Assembly: GCA_030704615.1 (NCBI GenBank) | Contig: CM060734.1 | Span: 41,416,001 to 41,480,000 of the forward strand | Reading direction: 5' to 3' | Origin: Takakia lepidozioides | Taxonomy: Eukaryota > Plantae > Bryophyta | DNA: 64,000 nucleotides | Shown here: positions 62,775 to 64,000 of the stretch, in pieces | How the letters are laid out: every line of letters starts with the position of its first letter | How positions within the stretch are numbered: the first letter of the stretch is position 1 | Notes under the pieces: model-generated | Seen by the model: the letters and a program-made list of their open reading frames with translations, nothing else | Database searches by the model: none | Told to the model about the DNA's origin: nothing | Translations under genes and position numbers: made by a program

Positions 62775-63066
62775 GGTGTTCAACTTGGACCCCTGGTAGT
62801 AATGAGCATGCACATAAAGTGAAGCTCTCCTTTATGGGGGCCAGAATTGCAGGCTTCATGATGTAACTTACTCCGCATTTGTCCAAGCGGCTCAGAAAAT
62901 GAGGGTAAATGGGCTACAAAAGCGCTAGCTCGTTTGTATACGTGGCAAGTGCCAAGTGAACCCCGTGAAGCGAAGGGTTGGGTGTTGTTGGCGGCGCCGG
63001 GTGGTTCCATCTGGTCCCATAAGCTCTTTGAGCCTTCCGCGGACGTTATAAAGTACCATTCCATTC
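62775..63066 (+). mobile_element. 5'-truncated retroposon with shared tail, copy 4
   Basis: Ends gtcccataagctctttgagccttccgcggacgttataaagtaccattccattc, followed by (CT)n. Confidence 0.7.
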
Positions 63067-63077
63067 TCTCGCTCCAT

Positions 63078-63112
<35 letters not shown>

Positions 63113-63792
63113 TTCCTTTTGGAAGTTCGTTCGTTTTGCTGGATGGGTTTTTCACAAGCTTGGCATCGGCTTTAGATTCTGAATGTTGACTACCACTGAG
63201 GATTTCGGACCAACTGTGTTGTCTCTTAATAGGATATATGCAAGTTTGAACATGACAATGTTTTGAGATGATCAGCCTCTCTTTCGATTACATAGGGCTG
63301 GCCGCGCCATGGTAGGATCTGCACTAGGAGTCTTTTTCTGTTGTGAAGGTGGAGCCTCGTACAGTCTGTTTATTGGGAGAAATGGTACTAGTACTTAGGG
63401 AGAGATGGATCAGCGTACAAGAGGGGCGTAAGGGTGTGGAGAGATAGGGACAAAATATAACAGTATGAGAAGTATGGTGGGCTGATGTCTTGAAGAACCG
63501 AAACCACTCAAAGTTAAGGGCGCTGCTGGCATGGAACATTACATCTTTCTTGCTCTCAATGTTTCGAATCAAATGCACAGGGAGGAAAGCTGCACATGTT
63601 GAGGATCTCTGATCCAGAAATTGGCCACCTAAAGTGGACAAGCTATGGCGGTTCTCGATGGAAGCTTTTGGAAGTGCTTGCGAGTCACTTACAGGAAATG
63701 CGGGCTTAACGTCATACGCACCCGAGAGAGCTCCGCAAACCAAGACTTTGTATATTGTGTTTGAATTGAATTGTTAAAGTTTGTCAGAAACA

Positions 63793-64000
63793 ATGCCCGG
63801 GGAAGAGGAATTGGAGAGGGAGGCCACAGTGGAGGTACCGGCAACCGTCCAACCGGTTAAGAAAAATGATGATGAACCACCACGGTTTTCAGATCCAGAG
63901 ACGGGGGAAGAAATTGACCTAGCGAAGCCAAAGCAGTGGGCTGAAAATGGGCCGATTGAGATTGATCAGCCTGAAGGGATCTGGAAAGTTCCTACCGTCT
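63793..64000 (+). other. Open frame running off the window (MPGEEELEREATVE..), unidentified
   Basis: ATG in aacaATG context followed by 69 codons with no stop. No family recognised. Confidence 0.25.

Overview
Nuclear DNA of a land plant, probably a non-seed plant; this rests on GT-AG introns, Tcn1-like chromoviruses, PLS-type PPR fragments and a TTTAGGG repeat. Four genes look intact: an intronless MAK/MHK-like Ser/Thr kinase (3924-4976,+), a 9-exon transglutaminase-like/SirB1-type gene resembling Arabidopsis At4g19160 (7889-13093,-), a multi-exon EDR2-like PH-START-DUF1336 gene (43309-53437,-), and VPS26 (54566-61863,+), which is divergent from the EDR2-like gene. Three pseudogenes are present: a complex I B14.7/NDUFA11 (Tim17 family) copy, CDC123 and a second kinase copy. 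The interval 14.8-43 kb is a transposon graveyard: an LTR plus PBS, CACTA, pogo, hAT-like ends with palindrome arrays, scrambled Ty3 pieces, a piggyBac-like MITE and a tRNA-SINE. The most striking object is a degenerate Dualen/RandI-like LINE (about 17.2-26.7 kb, minus strand). Its long upstream reading region holds hydrophobic segments, PPR fragments and a tandem repeat, followed by a 2A-like StopGo motif (GDIHPNPGP) ahead of the APE-RT. A family of 5'-truncated retroposons with a shared hairpin and (CATTT)n tail recurs four times, one copy with a 75-bp flanking duplication. All homology calls come from recognising motifs by eye; no searches were run.
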